In this document: piece by piece, positions 36,736-49,959 of the stretch
Position numbering within the stretch: position 1 is the first letter of the stretch
Layout: each line of letters starts with the position of its first letter
NCBI GenBank assembly: GCA_964106915.2
Contig: OZ066920.1
Length of the DNA stretch: 64,000 nt
Origin: Podarcis gaigeae
Taxonomy: Eukaryota
Direction: 5' to 3' (one strand)
Position numbers and translations under genes: made by a program
Notes under the pieces: generated by a model
What the model saw: only the letters and a program-made list of their open reading frames with translations
The model's database searches: none
Told to the model about the DNA's origin: nothing

Positions 36736-39700
36736 CTATCCGGTACTGAATATAACATAATAGCACTACTTAGCAAATTGGGTCTGGAACACATCAATGT
36801 CATAAAGCAAATTCAGAATGAGGACATGCTACAGTGATCAACCTTGCCCTCCCTTGAAGAAGTGGACACTCCCAGTACCTTTCAAGATGCCCGCCTGAAT
36901 AATCAAAGAACAAAATTTGGGCTTTTATTGGATGCTGAAAGTTTTTGCTAAATGTGCCCTGATTTGACTCAATTCTGGAAATAATCTAGTTGTTCATTAT
37001 CATTTCCAAACTGGTAGCCCCTCAATAGGCTCAGACTACTACAGCTTCCACTACCAAATCAGAGGTGGTTGGTGGTGGCAGCGATGGTGCGCTGGATTTC
37101 ACAATGTCACTACTCTATTACGTCATTTAGCAATGTCTGGCACACCATGAGGTTTCCATCCCAACAGGGAGAGAAGGGCTTATCCGTCTTCCACCTGATC
37201 AGGGGTGGAAGTGATGTTGGCAGATTGCATAGGCCTAGGCTGTCAATGTCAGTCATCACTACTACTGCTCCCACCATGTTGGCACTGGTCCCAGGCCTGG
37301 CAAGCCAAGATAGGTCTATGATGCCATCAGCCTACATCAGTAAACTAGGTCTCAACCAAGGAAACATAAGGAGACATTCTGGACCTTTCCCAGACCATTT
37401 CTGTACTTCAAGCACACTCCCTATGAGTTCTTCCAGAGTCTTTATGGGTGGTCTTCAGAATCCCTTGCCAAAATCCTCTCCCCCTTTTTCTTCCCTTTTT
37501 ACAAAATCCCTAAATATGAGTATTTAAACCTACATCTTTACTAATACAGTGAGAAATCTACATCCAAATTTGAGGATTCATGAGTCTGCCTAGTGTTGTA
37601 AATGCCACATTCATATGACAAGATTAGGTGGGCACAACTGTTGCAGTTCTTCCAAACTGAAACTTCATTAACATTATTAAATAATCTGATTAACATGCTA
37701 TGGAGAACAATAGGATGCAAAGACAGGCTCCAGTGGAGTGAGCAGTGGAGTGAGTGGGTCCAAGGAGAAAAAAGGCGGTCTCTGCATGTGCTGTAGAAGA
37801 AAGTGAGAGACAGCTAGGACCATCAACCTAGGAAGGCAGCCCATCTACGAGAAGGAAAACTCTGCACAGTTCAGAGGTAGGGGATGCCTGATACAGCAGA
37901 TCTTTCAGCAAAGCTGATGGAATGAGCCCTGCTTCTGATAGAATGGCTGCCCCCAGGTGACACTTGAGGGACAGGAAGTCTGGCTTCCAACCAGAGAATG
38001 ACTTATCAGAGGACCTGTTTTTACTTTCCATCAAAGCTTTTAGGGAAGGATAGGAAAAATATAAATCAGAACCCGATCTATGCTTTTTCTGTCTTGCAGC
38101 AGCAACTTTCAGGGCCTCTGGTTCCAAGAGTAGCTTGAGAACCATGACTAGCTGGAAATGGTTCCTGTCCACATCCTGAATCAAACTCTGCCCTCAGCAG
38201 CTCTTCCCTGACTCGCTTGGAACGCTGGTTGGTGGACAGACACAGGAACTGAAAGGCAACCTTCACGAGGTGCTGCAACAGGGATGGTTATTGGCTGAGC
38301 AATAAGGACTGGAGATTAGAGATTAGCATGCTATGACTCAATGATAAATCATTGAGTCTGCTTCTACAAGGTGTGATGAAGTTCCTGAAAAGGGGACTGG
38401 GTTTTTGTGACCATTACTGTAATTGTTAAATGCTCAGAGTCCTTCATCACTGAGCCCCTGAAGGTTGTTTTAACTCATTCTGAAACCATTCTGAAAGCCT
38501 TGATTCATCTTCTAAACCCAGTGTCAAACAGGAAAGCAGAGAGAAATTGTGGGCACATGAACAGGGAGCTTAATTTCTGAACATGATATGTAAGGCGGTA
38601 CAAAGCCTTTACTTCTTAGATGGGGGGGAACTTGAGGCCTGTGTCGTCTATGCTCTCTAGAGCAGGAGTGAAATTGTAAGTGCCTCAACCTGTCTCTTAA
38701 ATTAAAGGGGTTTTGATCCTAGTATATATGCTGTTAGTAAGTAGAGAAGTTCTCCATAACTACATCATGGTTAAGGAATTACCTTCCTTGGAGTCATGCC
38801 AAAGCCCAATTATCTTCTACTGGAAACTGTACAAAAACTTTGTGGTATTGAATAGTTTTAGTTATTTATATTTTGGCATTATTATATTCTACCTAAATTA
38901 ACTGTTCTGTACCCTCTAGGTAAACTGACCTATACTGAGAAAATTTTCAGATTCCAAATATTCTGACCCCATACCAGAAAACTCCAGAATGTTTTGCTCT
39001 ATTTAAGATGTGCCTGAGTTATTTTTAAGGCAACTGAGCTGCAATGGAGGAAAGTATGGGCCGGTTTTTAAAACAACTTCCTGGCCATCAATGTATGTTG
39101 TGTGCTCAAAAGATTGTCCTGCCCTATCAACATGGTGAATTTTGAGCTACAATCCAGTACACATTTAAATGTGCAGTTGTATAAACTGAGAATTATACAC
39201 GCTTATCGGGAAGTAAGTGCGACTGAACTCGGGTTGTTTTTTTGAGTAAACTTATGCCCTTGCCCTGTTATGCCACTTTCTAGTTACACTGATGAACCAA
39301 CCATGTCTCATTTTTAAACACTTTATTTTCATGGATTAGATAGCTATTTGCCACTAAGGGGTCTGGAGCTAAACTTGCAGTGTAGTACTAAGTGAGACTG
39401 AAAGTGACCGTGGATGCAGGCAAGAGCTCCAGCAGTGTTGATTTCATCATGCTATGAATGCAGTATTCCCTGTACAAGCAAGCATAGTCCCACAAAATTT
39501 ACATTGCCTAATTTCCTGTAGCAACGCTATGATTTCATCAACTCTCTTTTCAAAGTTCCTGAAATGAAAGAGGATTCATAGGCTGGTGACAGAACTTTCA
39601 CATGAGATGATCCAACACCTGAATCAATGCGTCTGCAAATAGTTAACAACATTCAGTCTGAAGCCTTGTTCCCAGTTTTTAATGTCATGTGTAGCCATTC

Positions 39701-40649
39701 CAAGGTTCCCTTTGCCTTAATGTGCTTGACTTCAAACATAGCTTACTTTGGCAGCTCTAAAACATCTGCTCAGAATAGTGTGGGAATGCTTTAAACTAAG
39801 GTTCCAAAAATTATGTTTAGTTCAGATTTAATAAGGAAATCATTTATGTTGGTGAAATAATACTCAGACATTGGAAACACATTTCATGAAGATCAACAAT
39901 TACATTATGGAAATTATTTACTTACTGCATTGTCCCCATGTCTGCACAAATATGTTTTATAATAAAGTATAGATTTAGTGCATAATAAACATGCCTAACA
40001 AAACTGGTTCTGCAATGAACCACTTATTGGCATTTTATAGTAATACACTTGAGAAGTATTAACGAATGGAAATATAAACAACTGTGAATGTTTTGAATTT
40101 ATTCATGATTTTGAAAGCTTACTGCAGAACTGTAGTGGCATTCTCTACCATTCATTCCATCCTTTGGCAACTGGACCCAAACATCTGGATAGTGCCTAGC
40201 ACTGTGTATGTGCCATGCCAAACCACCAGAGGGCTCAGATCTCTGCTCCACTGAATAAACAAGTTCTCACACCCATAACATGGTAAAGAATTGATAGACT
40301 TAAGATATGCCAGCTTTGGATGAGTCCCAATTCCATTCCAAAGCTGCTCATAAAACATGTTTGTGCTGTTTTGTTACATTCACATTCTATTTTGGGAATA
40401 TTAACAATGAGAAATGCTGAACTGCAACGTCTTTTTTTACTTGTTGAAATAACCCGTTGAGTAAGTTAGCATATGCTGACAGCGCTAAATTAACTAAAAT
40501 GAGAGATGTTAAACCTGAATTATCTAAAAGCCATTCCCTGACCTCCATGCTATTATCAGAGCTAATCACTGGGGGAAGACAGGAAGATGGTGGTGTGACC
40601 TCCTGTTTCACTTTCAATACATCAACAGCTTTAGACACTCTCAGACTTC

Positions 40650-41103
40650 TGTCATGGCTCTGGAGTCGGATTACTCATCTTCAGGGGCAAAGGGCAAGGA
40701 CGCTGAAGCAGAAGTGGAAGGGCATGCAGGGCCACCCAGTAAGCACTCTCAGATGAGCCTCTGGGGCCAATGACACACCCCACTCAGATGCAGTGCTGCA
40801 ATCTTCTGACTCGGAGAGCTCCACTGCAGAAGACTCAGGAAGACATGAGGCTCGCCTGCTCCATCACAGTCCAGAGGATTACTGGGCCCTTGCCTCTTGC
40901 AGCACAGGTGGTTCTAACAATTAAGTGGCTCCTGTTACTACTGCTCAGCTCCTACTTATTCTTTACTGGAGTAACTTCAGAGCTCTGTGTTCCACAGAGA
41001 GCAGTTTGAGCCTTTGTCTTAACTCCTGTGTGAACCCTGCCTGAACCTTCTTTGTATCCTGTCTGAGGCTCATCCCACCTTGTCTTGCTGCAGAACTGCC
41101 ACA
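40650..41103 (+). mobile_element. Possible old solo LTR
   Basis: GC-elevated block bounded by tgtca...gccaca, with purine-rich 5' and pyrimidine-rich 3' halves like 58964-59658. No TSD found. Confidence 0.35.
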
Positions 41104-41994
41104 TTAGGACCTAGTGCTGCAGGGCCTGTAGAAAGAGATTGCACAGTGAGTGAGTGTGTGTATCCAGTTCACCTGAACTGAACAGCTGCTATATATCCTC
41201 TGACCATCTACGGTAGTAGTACAACAGAGCAGCAAAATTAGCTCAGCAGTGTCCTTTGGTTATAGGTTGAAGTGCTGTTGCAGAGAATGAGGCCCAGGGC
41301 TGTGCTATCAACATCTTTGGTCCAAAACATTTAGCACCATAGCTAACTAGAAATCATGTTCACAGGCTTGCAGCAGAGCAGAAAACATATGCTCAAGGAA
41401 CAAGGAACTGTTAGGCTCAGACAGAATGGAAGAATGCTATCTTGATTATTTCCATCATACATCAAACAATGTTCCTGTGTGATGGAGCATGAAAGTTGGG
41501 GTTATTTCTTATCACCAAAAACTAACACAACGTTATACAAAAATGTTATCTAAGATGTTGGCCATAATGCTTAATAAATAATAAATATTATGCACAATTT
41601 GAGCCCTCCCAATTTTCATTCATTTCTACCTTTTAAATTTAGGTATAATCATAAATGAGTAAAAAAATAATAATCTGGGCTGTTATCTAATTTTTATCAT
41701 ATTGTTATGGCAGGTATTAATCCATTCTTTTCAAAGCTGCTTGTTTGCCCGCCTAGGATGATCAGTTGCTGTTTCTTCAAGGGAAGGGAAGGACAGTTAC
41801 TCTCAAGGGATATGCTGCCACCTGCAGAAGAGTCTACTTTTATCTAATATGATCTGCTTTTATATTGCCAAATAAAGCAAATATACTGTTGGCCTTTGGA
41901 GCACAAACTCTGTAGCATTTGCCCTGGAACTTCCCACTCCTTGGAAGTGGAGAGCGTATAGCAGTACTGTTGACACCATTGATTTGAGTAAATA

Positions 41995-42236
41995 CGGTTG
42001 TACTTTGGAAGTCGAACAGAGTCTGTTCCGGAAGTCTGTTTGACTTCCGAAACATTCGACTTCCAAAGTGTGGCTTCTGATAGGTTGCAGGAACTTCCTG
42101 CAGTGAATTGGAAGCCTTAGAAGCCCCATCGGACATTCAGCTTCCAAAAAAATGTTCGGAAACCGAAACATTCACTTCCGGTTTTTGGGAGCCAGAATGT
42201 TCAACTCCCAAGGCGTTTGGGAGCCGAGGCACGACT
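41995..42236. mobile_element. Tc1-mariner/Tigger-type MITE (second family)
   Basis: Degenerate TIRs cggttgtactttgg / ccgaggcacgact, TA flanks, and internal repeated gacttcc/ggaagtc motifs. Confidence 0.75.
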
Positions 42237-43561
42237 TATATTGTTCTGTAGAGTTCTCCATGACAATTTTCTGCCTCAAGTTTTGTTTGTGAAAGTTATT
42301 TTGATGATGCATAGTGGCTGGAGAAGATAATTCACCCACTTTCATTATTTCTTTACTGTAAAACCTGTAGTTAAAAGGACCCATTTCATTTTGTACTAGA
42401 TATCTGTCTCTATATCTGCCATGTGATGTACCATGATACAGAGCGTGAGCTCACACCTGCATTGCTGCCACTCAACAACTGCTACATGAAGTGATGACTT
42501 GTACATGTGAAACAGTCACCTCACATAAAACACCACCCACAGAGGTTTTCGTATCAGCTGTCCTTTCCTCAGGCACAGAACTTGGTTGCAATCAGTCCCA
42601 AGATGCTTTCCTAAAAGACATGCACGCTGTGAAAAGTGATGTTTGCAAGCAACAAGTAGGTGGTGCACTCACAATGGACGTCTGAAGCAGATGTTTCTGT
42701 TTAAAAGGTCAGCAGGTCTAGAGTCCAATAGTAGAAGTGAATATTTCAACTGCTCTGCACTTGGTTTCCTCACACACCAGCAGGCAGACATCATGTCACA
42801 CGCTGATTTTTATCACCTCTGTGTGCCTATTCGGTATACTTTAGTCATTCACAAGCTTTCTGAGTTTCACCCAGAAAGCTGATGTCATTTTTCCACAGTT
42901 TATGGGAGAAAGGCCTGAAATTTCAGACAGCAAAATTATAATGGGTTTATACTTCCCCTGTATCAAGATACAGCAACCCCTTTGCAAAGCTAACACTGTC
43001 CCAGTCATTCCTAAATGACCTGCTGCAGCAAACCGTAAGTGCTTATGATGGGGAGGGCTGGAAGGCTACAGCTGCATGACAATAATGTAACTGCTCAAAT
43101 GAAAAAAAAAATGAAAATTGGTGTTACAGTAACAGAATCAGGCCTTTCTCTGAGTGTCCCAGCAGGTGAAGTGATGCTGGTAGCTAGTAGAACAGCTTTT
43201 CCATGGTGGCCTTCAGAGAGGCTCAAATGATATCTACTTGGTTATCGTTTTGATACTGAACAAATAACTTTTTTTTTTTTTTTTTGCTTTCTCAGGCCTT
43301 TTACGTCAGTTTTACTTTCTCTTAAATTTGTTTTAGTCTGCTTTTTTGTTTCTTTTGAGTTTTATGCTGCATCATTTCTATCATTCTAGTGTCTGAAATT
43401 TCAAAATATACACTAATCCACCTCAGAACATTTTGTAAGAGCGTAGCCTACAAAAGCTGTACATAAATAACTTTTTTTAAAAAACCACAAGCAGTAGAGA
43501 TAGGATTTTTTAAAGTACCTTATAAATTGTCCATGTTCAATAAATTTTGACATTTGAATTG

Positions 43562-43618
43562 GCACTTTCTTTTTTCCACAAATGCCTGAGAGCATTTTCT
43601 TTTTTCCACAAATGCCTG
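43562..43618. repeat. 30-bp tandem duplication
   Basis: gca(c/t)tttctttttccacaaatgcctg-like unit present twice, 30 bp apart. Confidence 0.9.
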
Positions 43619-43874
43619 GGCTGTCTGAGAGAAGGGATCTACTTCTTACATTCTTATGTACAAACATAGTGGCTGGATTTACCTAACGAGCCTTGTTACG
43701 GCTTCACAAGGACTTGCTCAGCATGGCTTTCTCCTCTGAATAGCATCTGGTGATGTGTTTTCCTTTGTGTTGCTGATCAGCTGGCCTGCAACCTTTGGGC
43801 TCAGCCGCATCTTTACCTGATCACACATGATGTCAGGTGTAGGATACGTGTGGATTGGATAAAATGGTCCAGCA

Positions 43875-44061
43875 CAGAGCTTTCCAAACTGTTGTGACGT
43901 GTTAATGTGTCGGCTGCAGTGTGTAGGTGTGTCGCACAAACTCTCCCTGCGCTCCTGCAAAGGGGTTAGTTTAACCTCTGGTTTGCTAGTAAAACTGAAT
44001 GTCACAAAATGATGCACATCTAAAAAGTGTGCCACCAACATGAAAAGTTTGGAAAGCTCTG
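43875..44061. mobile_element. Non-autonomous hAT MITE
   Basis: Perfect 16-bp TIR cagagctttccaaact / agtttggaaagctctg. TSD gtccagca / gtctagca (7/8). Confidence 0.93.
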
Positions 44062-45987
44062 GTCTAGCAGGACAAATGGCAAAGCCTGGCAGGCCTAATT
44101 AAATCTGTGGGTCAGAGGTGCCCCACTTATTGGTGTACTAGGATACCAAAAATACAAATTCTTTAAATGCAACAGAGCAACACATAGCAAAAATGTTGCT
44201 TGCAGTATAGAAATATACAGTGTGTTGGTTTATTTGTGCTCTTTTCCCTTGTAGTTGCAATTAGAGTTTTGGTTCCCACATGGTATTCCCAGCACAAATC
44301 TATTTAGTTGACGCTACAGTTTTCTGTTCATGATATATGATATTAAAGAACAAATCAGAAAGAAAAACTACAATGTAGTTTCTACAGTCATTACAGACAC
44401 AGGAAATATAAATTAATAGCATTTGGCTTTTGTCCTAACAAAACATTTGGCTAAGACAGATAATAGCGTTATGAAAGTCAGCGATTTTATTGTAACCAGA
44501 TCTCCCAACTGCAGAAGAAAGACTCTGTTAAGCTCCAAGACCACAATCCTAAATATATGGCAAATCTTACGATCCCATAGGAGTAAATGAGACTTCACTG
44601 GAGTAAGTATTCAAATGAGACTGGATGTGAGAAACAAATACATTGGCTAACCTATGGATTCACTACATGAACCATCTTACTTTGGGTGGCCTTCATTGTC
44701 CGTTTCACATGACAATTATGCATATAGCAAACATCTTCAGGCTTAAATTGTGATCTCACCCACTGTCCCCACCCCATCCAAAATTTAATAGAGCCTGTGA
44801 ATGCGGATTAGCTCTGTGTAATGAGGAAACCTGCACAAATTTTCATAGGCTCTTTTCAGACCTTCAGCTCAACATGCAGAGAGGTAGCAAATGATTCTGC
44901 TTCTCTTTCCACACATTCAGGGAAAGGGCTATTAAGACTGCCCATGGAAAAGCAATTTACAGCATCATTGTATCACATAAAATATGATAAAAGCACTCTG
45001 AGCAAAACAACAACAACCACAAAAGAGTAGAGTAAGCTATTCAAAACAAACCATCCAGAATCCAGCCTCTCCATTAGAACATAGGTCTGTTATAAATGCA
45101 AACCTTCCCTCAATCTGCAGGCCATGGTAAATTTGGGAAGCTTGCTTCAGATATGCCCCAAAGCCACTATGGATGGCCATAAACACTTTTTCCAGGTACA
45201 GAAGAACATTTGAGCTCTTCCCCAAATTTACAGGAGATTTTTTCTTTGGATAACATCTACCGTAACTTGGTTACAGCAAATAACAGGTGGGACTCTGGAA
45301 TAAGGAATTAACTAGTTATCTGTTTAATCTTCCATGCATTTAAGAGAAAATGGTTTATTTTGGCAGACAAAGGAAAATAAAATACTGACACGTAAGTCCA
45401 CAGCATTAAGGCCACCCAAGATTAGTAATTTTATGCTGGTATTGCGTTTTCTATTAATTTAATACTATCTAAGATACAAAGATGAGTTAAGAAGCGTTCA
45501 AAATCCTGCAGCAATCCTATTTCAGCATTCTAGATGGTTTAAAGTTAATCATTAAAATCCAATAAAACGCATCTGAGACAGAAAATAATCATGATAAGTA
45601 ATGCTGGCAACATTTCAGAATCTTTTTCTTACAGTCTATTAATAAATAAATTCTAGAGTTTAAAGCTAATGAGTCCTGAATTTCAATAAAACTGTGTGGT
45701 CCTATATTGGAAAATCCACGTCTGGCATCCTGACCACGAAGTTTACATAAGCTTTCTGGCAACATCAGTGTAACATCCCTACAATACTAGTGTGGTTCAA
45801 CAACTGGTGTATTTGAGATGTTCCATCCCTGCAAATTATTTGCCAATCCAGTAAATCTTAGGACTGAGTTACATATTTCTTGCAGACCATTACTACAGAA
45901 TCTGTAAGCAGAGCAGTGGAAGGATCACACAGGTTATAAAACTTAATCCCCTGTTAAAGACAAGCATCTTAAGACAGCATCTTAAAA

Positions 45988-46480
45988 TAGACAGCATCTT
46001 AAAAAGCAGAGACATCACCTTGCCAACAAAGGTCCGTATAGTTAAAGCTATGGTTTTCCCAGTAGTGATGTATGGAAGTGAGAGCTGGACCATAAAGAAG
46101 GCTGATCGCCGAAGAATTGATGCTTTTGAATTATGGTGCTGGAGGAGACTCTTGAGAGTCCCATGGACTGCAAGAAGATCAAACCTATCCATTCTGAAGG
46201 AAATCAGCCCTGAGTTCTCACTGGAAGGACAGATCATGAAGCTGAGGCTCCAATATTTTGGCCACTTCATGAGAAGAGAATACTCCCTGGAAAAGACCCT
46301 GATGTTGGGAAATATGGAGGGCACAAGGAGAAGGGGATGGCAGAGGACGAGATGGTTGGACAGTGTTCTCGAAGCTACCAGCATGAGTTTGACCAAACTG
46401 TGGGAGGCAGTGGAAGACAGGAGTGCCTGGTGTTCTCTGGTCCATGGGGTCACGAAGAGGTGGACACAACTAAACAACAA
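45988..46480 (+). mobile_element. BovB (RTE) LINE, 5'-truncated
   Basis: ORF 46020-46496 reads PTKVRIVKAMVFPVVMYGSESWTIKKADRRRIDAFELWCWRRLLRVPW. (caa) tail. TSD gacaagcatctt / gacaagtgtctt. Confidence 0.96.
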
Positions 46481-46494
46481 GGACAAGTGTCTTT

Positions 46495-46565
46495 GACATA
46501 TGGGGTGCTGCAAAGTTCCATCTTGTCTGTCATGCCCTTCAAACATCTATATCAAACTGATGGGG
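46495..46565 (+). mobile_element. Ancient L2/CR1 reverse transcriptase fragment
   Basis: Translates as YGVLQSSILSVMPF then (frameshift) NIYIKLMG, a decayed GVPQGSILSPMLFNIYMKPLG RT motif. Confidence 0.6.
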
Positions 46566-48729
46566 AAGAGCATGCAGAAACTGGTGCTGCTCCTTCATGA
46601 CCAACTAGTAAGCAGGCAGTTCCATCCTGTGTGGTGCTGATCTTCGGTAAGCACCTTCCTTGCAGGGAAGGCCCTTGTGAAAGACCACCAGCATGCATGG
46701 TGCTGCTCCAGGGGGCAGAGCATTGGGTGGTTGGGCAGGCAGGAAAGCCATGCACACCCCACACCCAAGCTCTCATCCCTGCATCCAAAGGCATTCATCC
46801 ATGCCTTCTTCTTGGAAGGCACAGCTAGTCAAGTAGGTCTCCCTTTCACAGTTTCTCCTTCTTTCCACGCAAGACCCACCTCTCCTTCCTGCCTGGCACC
46901 CCATCCCCTTACCTCACCTCCTGTCAGGTGAGTCACTGCTGCTTCTCAGGAGGAAGAGGGGCACCACTGAGACAGATAGCAGGTCAGTGTAGTGCTAACC
47001 CCTTTGCCTTCAACCTTGAGTTAATCTAATCTACTCCAACCAAATGTTTGCTTTAAAAAGTTATCATTTATGGATAGTCCACCATATCTATTTCAGTGCT
47101 CTGCCAGTGCCACCCATTCTTTCAGGAGTCACTGTTTGACACCCTTCTTTCATGCATTGTACAATGAAAACAGTCACGACCCTACTGCTGTTCACGAGCA
47201 GTAGACACGTTTGTATAAGTGCTGAAAAGAGAAAACACCTCTCCCATCTGCAGCTTCAAGAAGTTAAGTGTCTTGGCAGCTGTCTAGTAAGTCTGGCCCA
47301 GTTATAATAACCTGCTGCAAACATGTACTAAGTGGCATGAAAATGACCATTATAGGCCCCGGGGAGCTTGTAAGTTTGCTGATATTCACAGAATTTCCAG
47401 TGCATATATTAAATTTCTCCTCCTTGCCTGCCCTTAATATTATAGCCAACCTAAATAAAATAAAATAAAATTCTCAAAACCCTAAAGGGAATTCCCAGCA
47501 AGATGAACAATTCCATACACTTTTGTACATATATAACCACTAAGAACTGAAGGTCATCAGATAATGTTGGGCTGCGATGACATGCAACTCAATTACTCTT
47601 AAAGCACAGCAAAACTTTGAGAGCAAACTTCTTTATCTCAACTATCATTCAAAGACTTTCCCACAGTTTTCTGCACCGAAAACGAACCATCAGAGAGTTC
47701 ACAGATGTTTCACAGACATTTAAGTTTATTGCCAAGGTCAGCATTTCTGTTTCACATCATATTGAGGAAGGTGGTGCATATATTGCATTTCTACATGCTC
47801 AAGTGATGCAAGGGACTTATATCAGGAATGGCAGAGTTTGTGAAACTGGTAAGTGTCAAGTCAAAGTTGATCAAAACTGCCTTGCCTGTCTCATAAGAGC
47901 AGTGAAGGGAGTGTAAGTTTTTTGCCTGTGACAGAGTCACATTCAGATGTGTCACATTTATGTTGAACAAATATACTTTTGTGTGATAAGTTTTCCAAGA
48001 GTTTGTAAGATCTGCCAAACTATTTAATTTCTTTCTTATGAATGGTGACAACTAAGGATTTGAGCATGCTTATTACTTAGCTATGCTGGAGGAAAGATAA
48101 GGTGTTAAAAACTTTCCTAAACCCTCCATGGGCAATTACAAAAGGGGTAGTGGAAAAGATGGGAAGGGAAATTTTATCCAGAGCTTAGCTCCTGCAGAAA
48201 TAAATTTCTCCTTCAGTGATTTCTGTATTATGCACATATAACCAGCAGATAACTATCCTGAATCTCAAACAAGAATTCTCTTACCTCCTGCCTCCATTAG
48301 TGTTCCTGGGAGGAGTTCTTGTTTCCATCCAATCTTCACAAGGGGAAGATGCTCAAGATGCCAGATCATCTGACAGCATGATCTGGAAGACAGTAATCAA
48401 AGCTCTTCTTCATCTGAAGCTGTTGCAAGCTGCAAGTTGGAGTCCATGTAACACCCATCTACTGGGTTCTTTTGGAGCCATAGGCTTTCCCAGATTCTCA
48501 TAATCCAAGTTAGTTGAAATCAGACTGGAGTTAATGGTTCCTCCCATCCTTGAAAATAATTAAGCTGCATTATTGTATTATGTAACACACACACGAACAT
48601 GGAGGACAACATACAGGTTGTATTGGCAAGCAGGGAATGGCTAATCTGACAGAATACATTGGAAAGTTTGATATATTGCTAGGAAGCACCAAAAGAGAGT
48701 AATGAGACAGCTCATTGCAGCATTGTTAC

Positions 48730-48945
48730 TTTGATTATTCATTAAATTTCTATACCTCCCTTCATTCAAGGATCACAGGGTGGTTTACAGTAATAAAAAC
48801 ACAAAAATGCACACCATAGTAACAAACAAAAGCAATAACCCTGCCACACACAATTTAAAAGGCCATAGGTGGTTTATTATCCAAATACCTGGGAGAAGAG
48901 GAATGTTTTTGTTGGCACCTAAAGATATGCCCCTTTCCACAGGCG
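48730..48945 (-). mobile_element. Degenerate L2 3' fragment
   Basis: 'aaatttctatacctcccttcattcaaggatcacagggtggtttac...gaatgtttttgttggcacctaaag' resembles a reverse L2 tail. Confidence 0.55.
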
Positions 48946-49476
48946 TATAAAGGAGAAAATGATAGGGTGGGTGTTAAATGGCAATGAGATAGCAAAATAC
49001 AGTCAGTGATAATTTCAGCTTAAATGTATGTTCAATAAGCATTTTACACAGTAACAGGTTGGTGGTAATTAAGCACATAGGAATTTGTTTTGGATGCAAG
49101 ACACCATAATTCTTGGGTTTGGCAAAAGTTAGAAATAATGAAGGTTTGACTAAACTATGCCAAACACGGTAACCTCTGGATGCAGTTTAGGCCAATGAGC
49201 CAGGCCAGTTTGGCAGAACTTGCTGAGCGTGGCTGATGATGGCCAGGCATTACCCCATCAAGGAACCCATTAACAGGGCAGAGAACACAAAGGTTTAGGA
49301 TTTCATTCTGGATGATGTAGGCTGGAGGAAATAGTTTCGTAGCAAAATAAATGTCTGTGCTGAAAGGCAAAACTCCAACAGCAGTGAGAAAACAAAGGGT
49401 GTTTATTGCTAGCAATAATGGCTCAGTGGGATCAATCTCCAAAACCTAAGCAAGTCCAAAAGGGTGGGGCCTGCTA

Positions 49477-49726
49477 CAGTGGTACCTCAGGTTGCATACA
49501 CTTCAGGTTACATACGCTTCAGGTTACATATGCTTCAGGTTACAGACTCCGCTAACCCAGAAACACTAACTCGGGTTAAGAACTTTGCTTCAGGATGAGA
49601 ACAGAAATCGTGCTCTGGCGGCAGCAGGAGGCCCCATTAGCTAAAGTGGTGCTTCAGGTTAAGAACAGTTTCAGGTTAAGAACTGACCTCTGGAACGAAT
49701 TAAGTACTTAACCCGAGGTACCACTG
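49477..49726. mobile_element. Tc1-mariner/Tigger-type MITE
   Basis: TIRs cagtggtacctc / gaggtaccactg, TA TSD, and 16-bp internal tandem cttcaggttacatacg. Confidence 0.95.
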
Positions 49727-49959
49727 TATACATAGCTGTTACCTGTTAAAGCAATACATATGCACAAACTTCCTCCAATCTAAAGTTACAACGCAATACT
49801 AATTATACCATGTATGGTCTTTCCTTCATTACCTATTCATTGGGCAAGGAAACAAAGGACTCTCTCTTGTCAAATGTAGACACTTAAGAATGTTGTTTAC
49901 AACCTTGGGAGTAAAGCTGCTCCTAGCACAAGATAAGGCACAAGGCCTCTAGCCTGGCT

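Noticed and set aside
37069-38300. 152-aa and 118-aa ORFs in a GC-elevated region
   Set aside because: No domain similarity or splice structure. Possibly degraded LTR sequence, but no termini or TSD could be defined.
45893-46546. 217-aa minus-strand ORF (and 8566-8910)
   Set aside because: Antisense shadow frame of BovB ORF2.
47617-47916. 99-aa ORF with a strong donor CTG|GTAAGT at ~47848
   Set aside because: No convincing acceptor, the peptide is unrecognised, and no partner exons were found.
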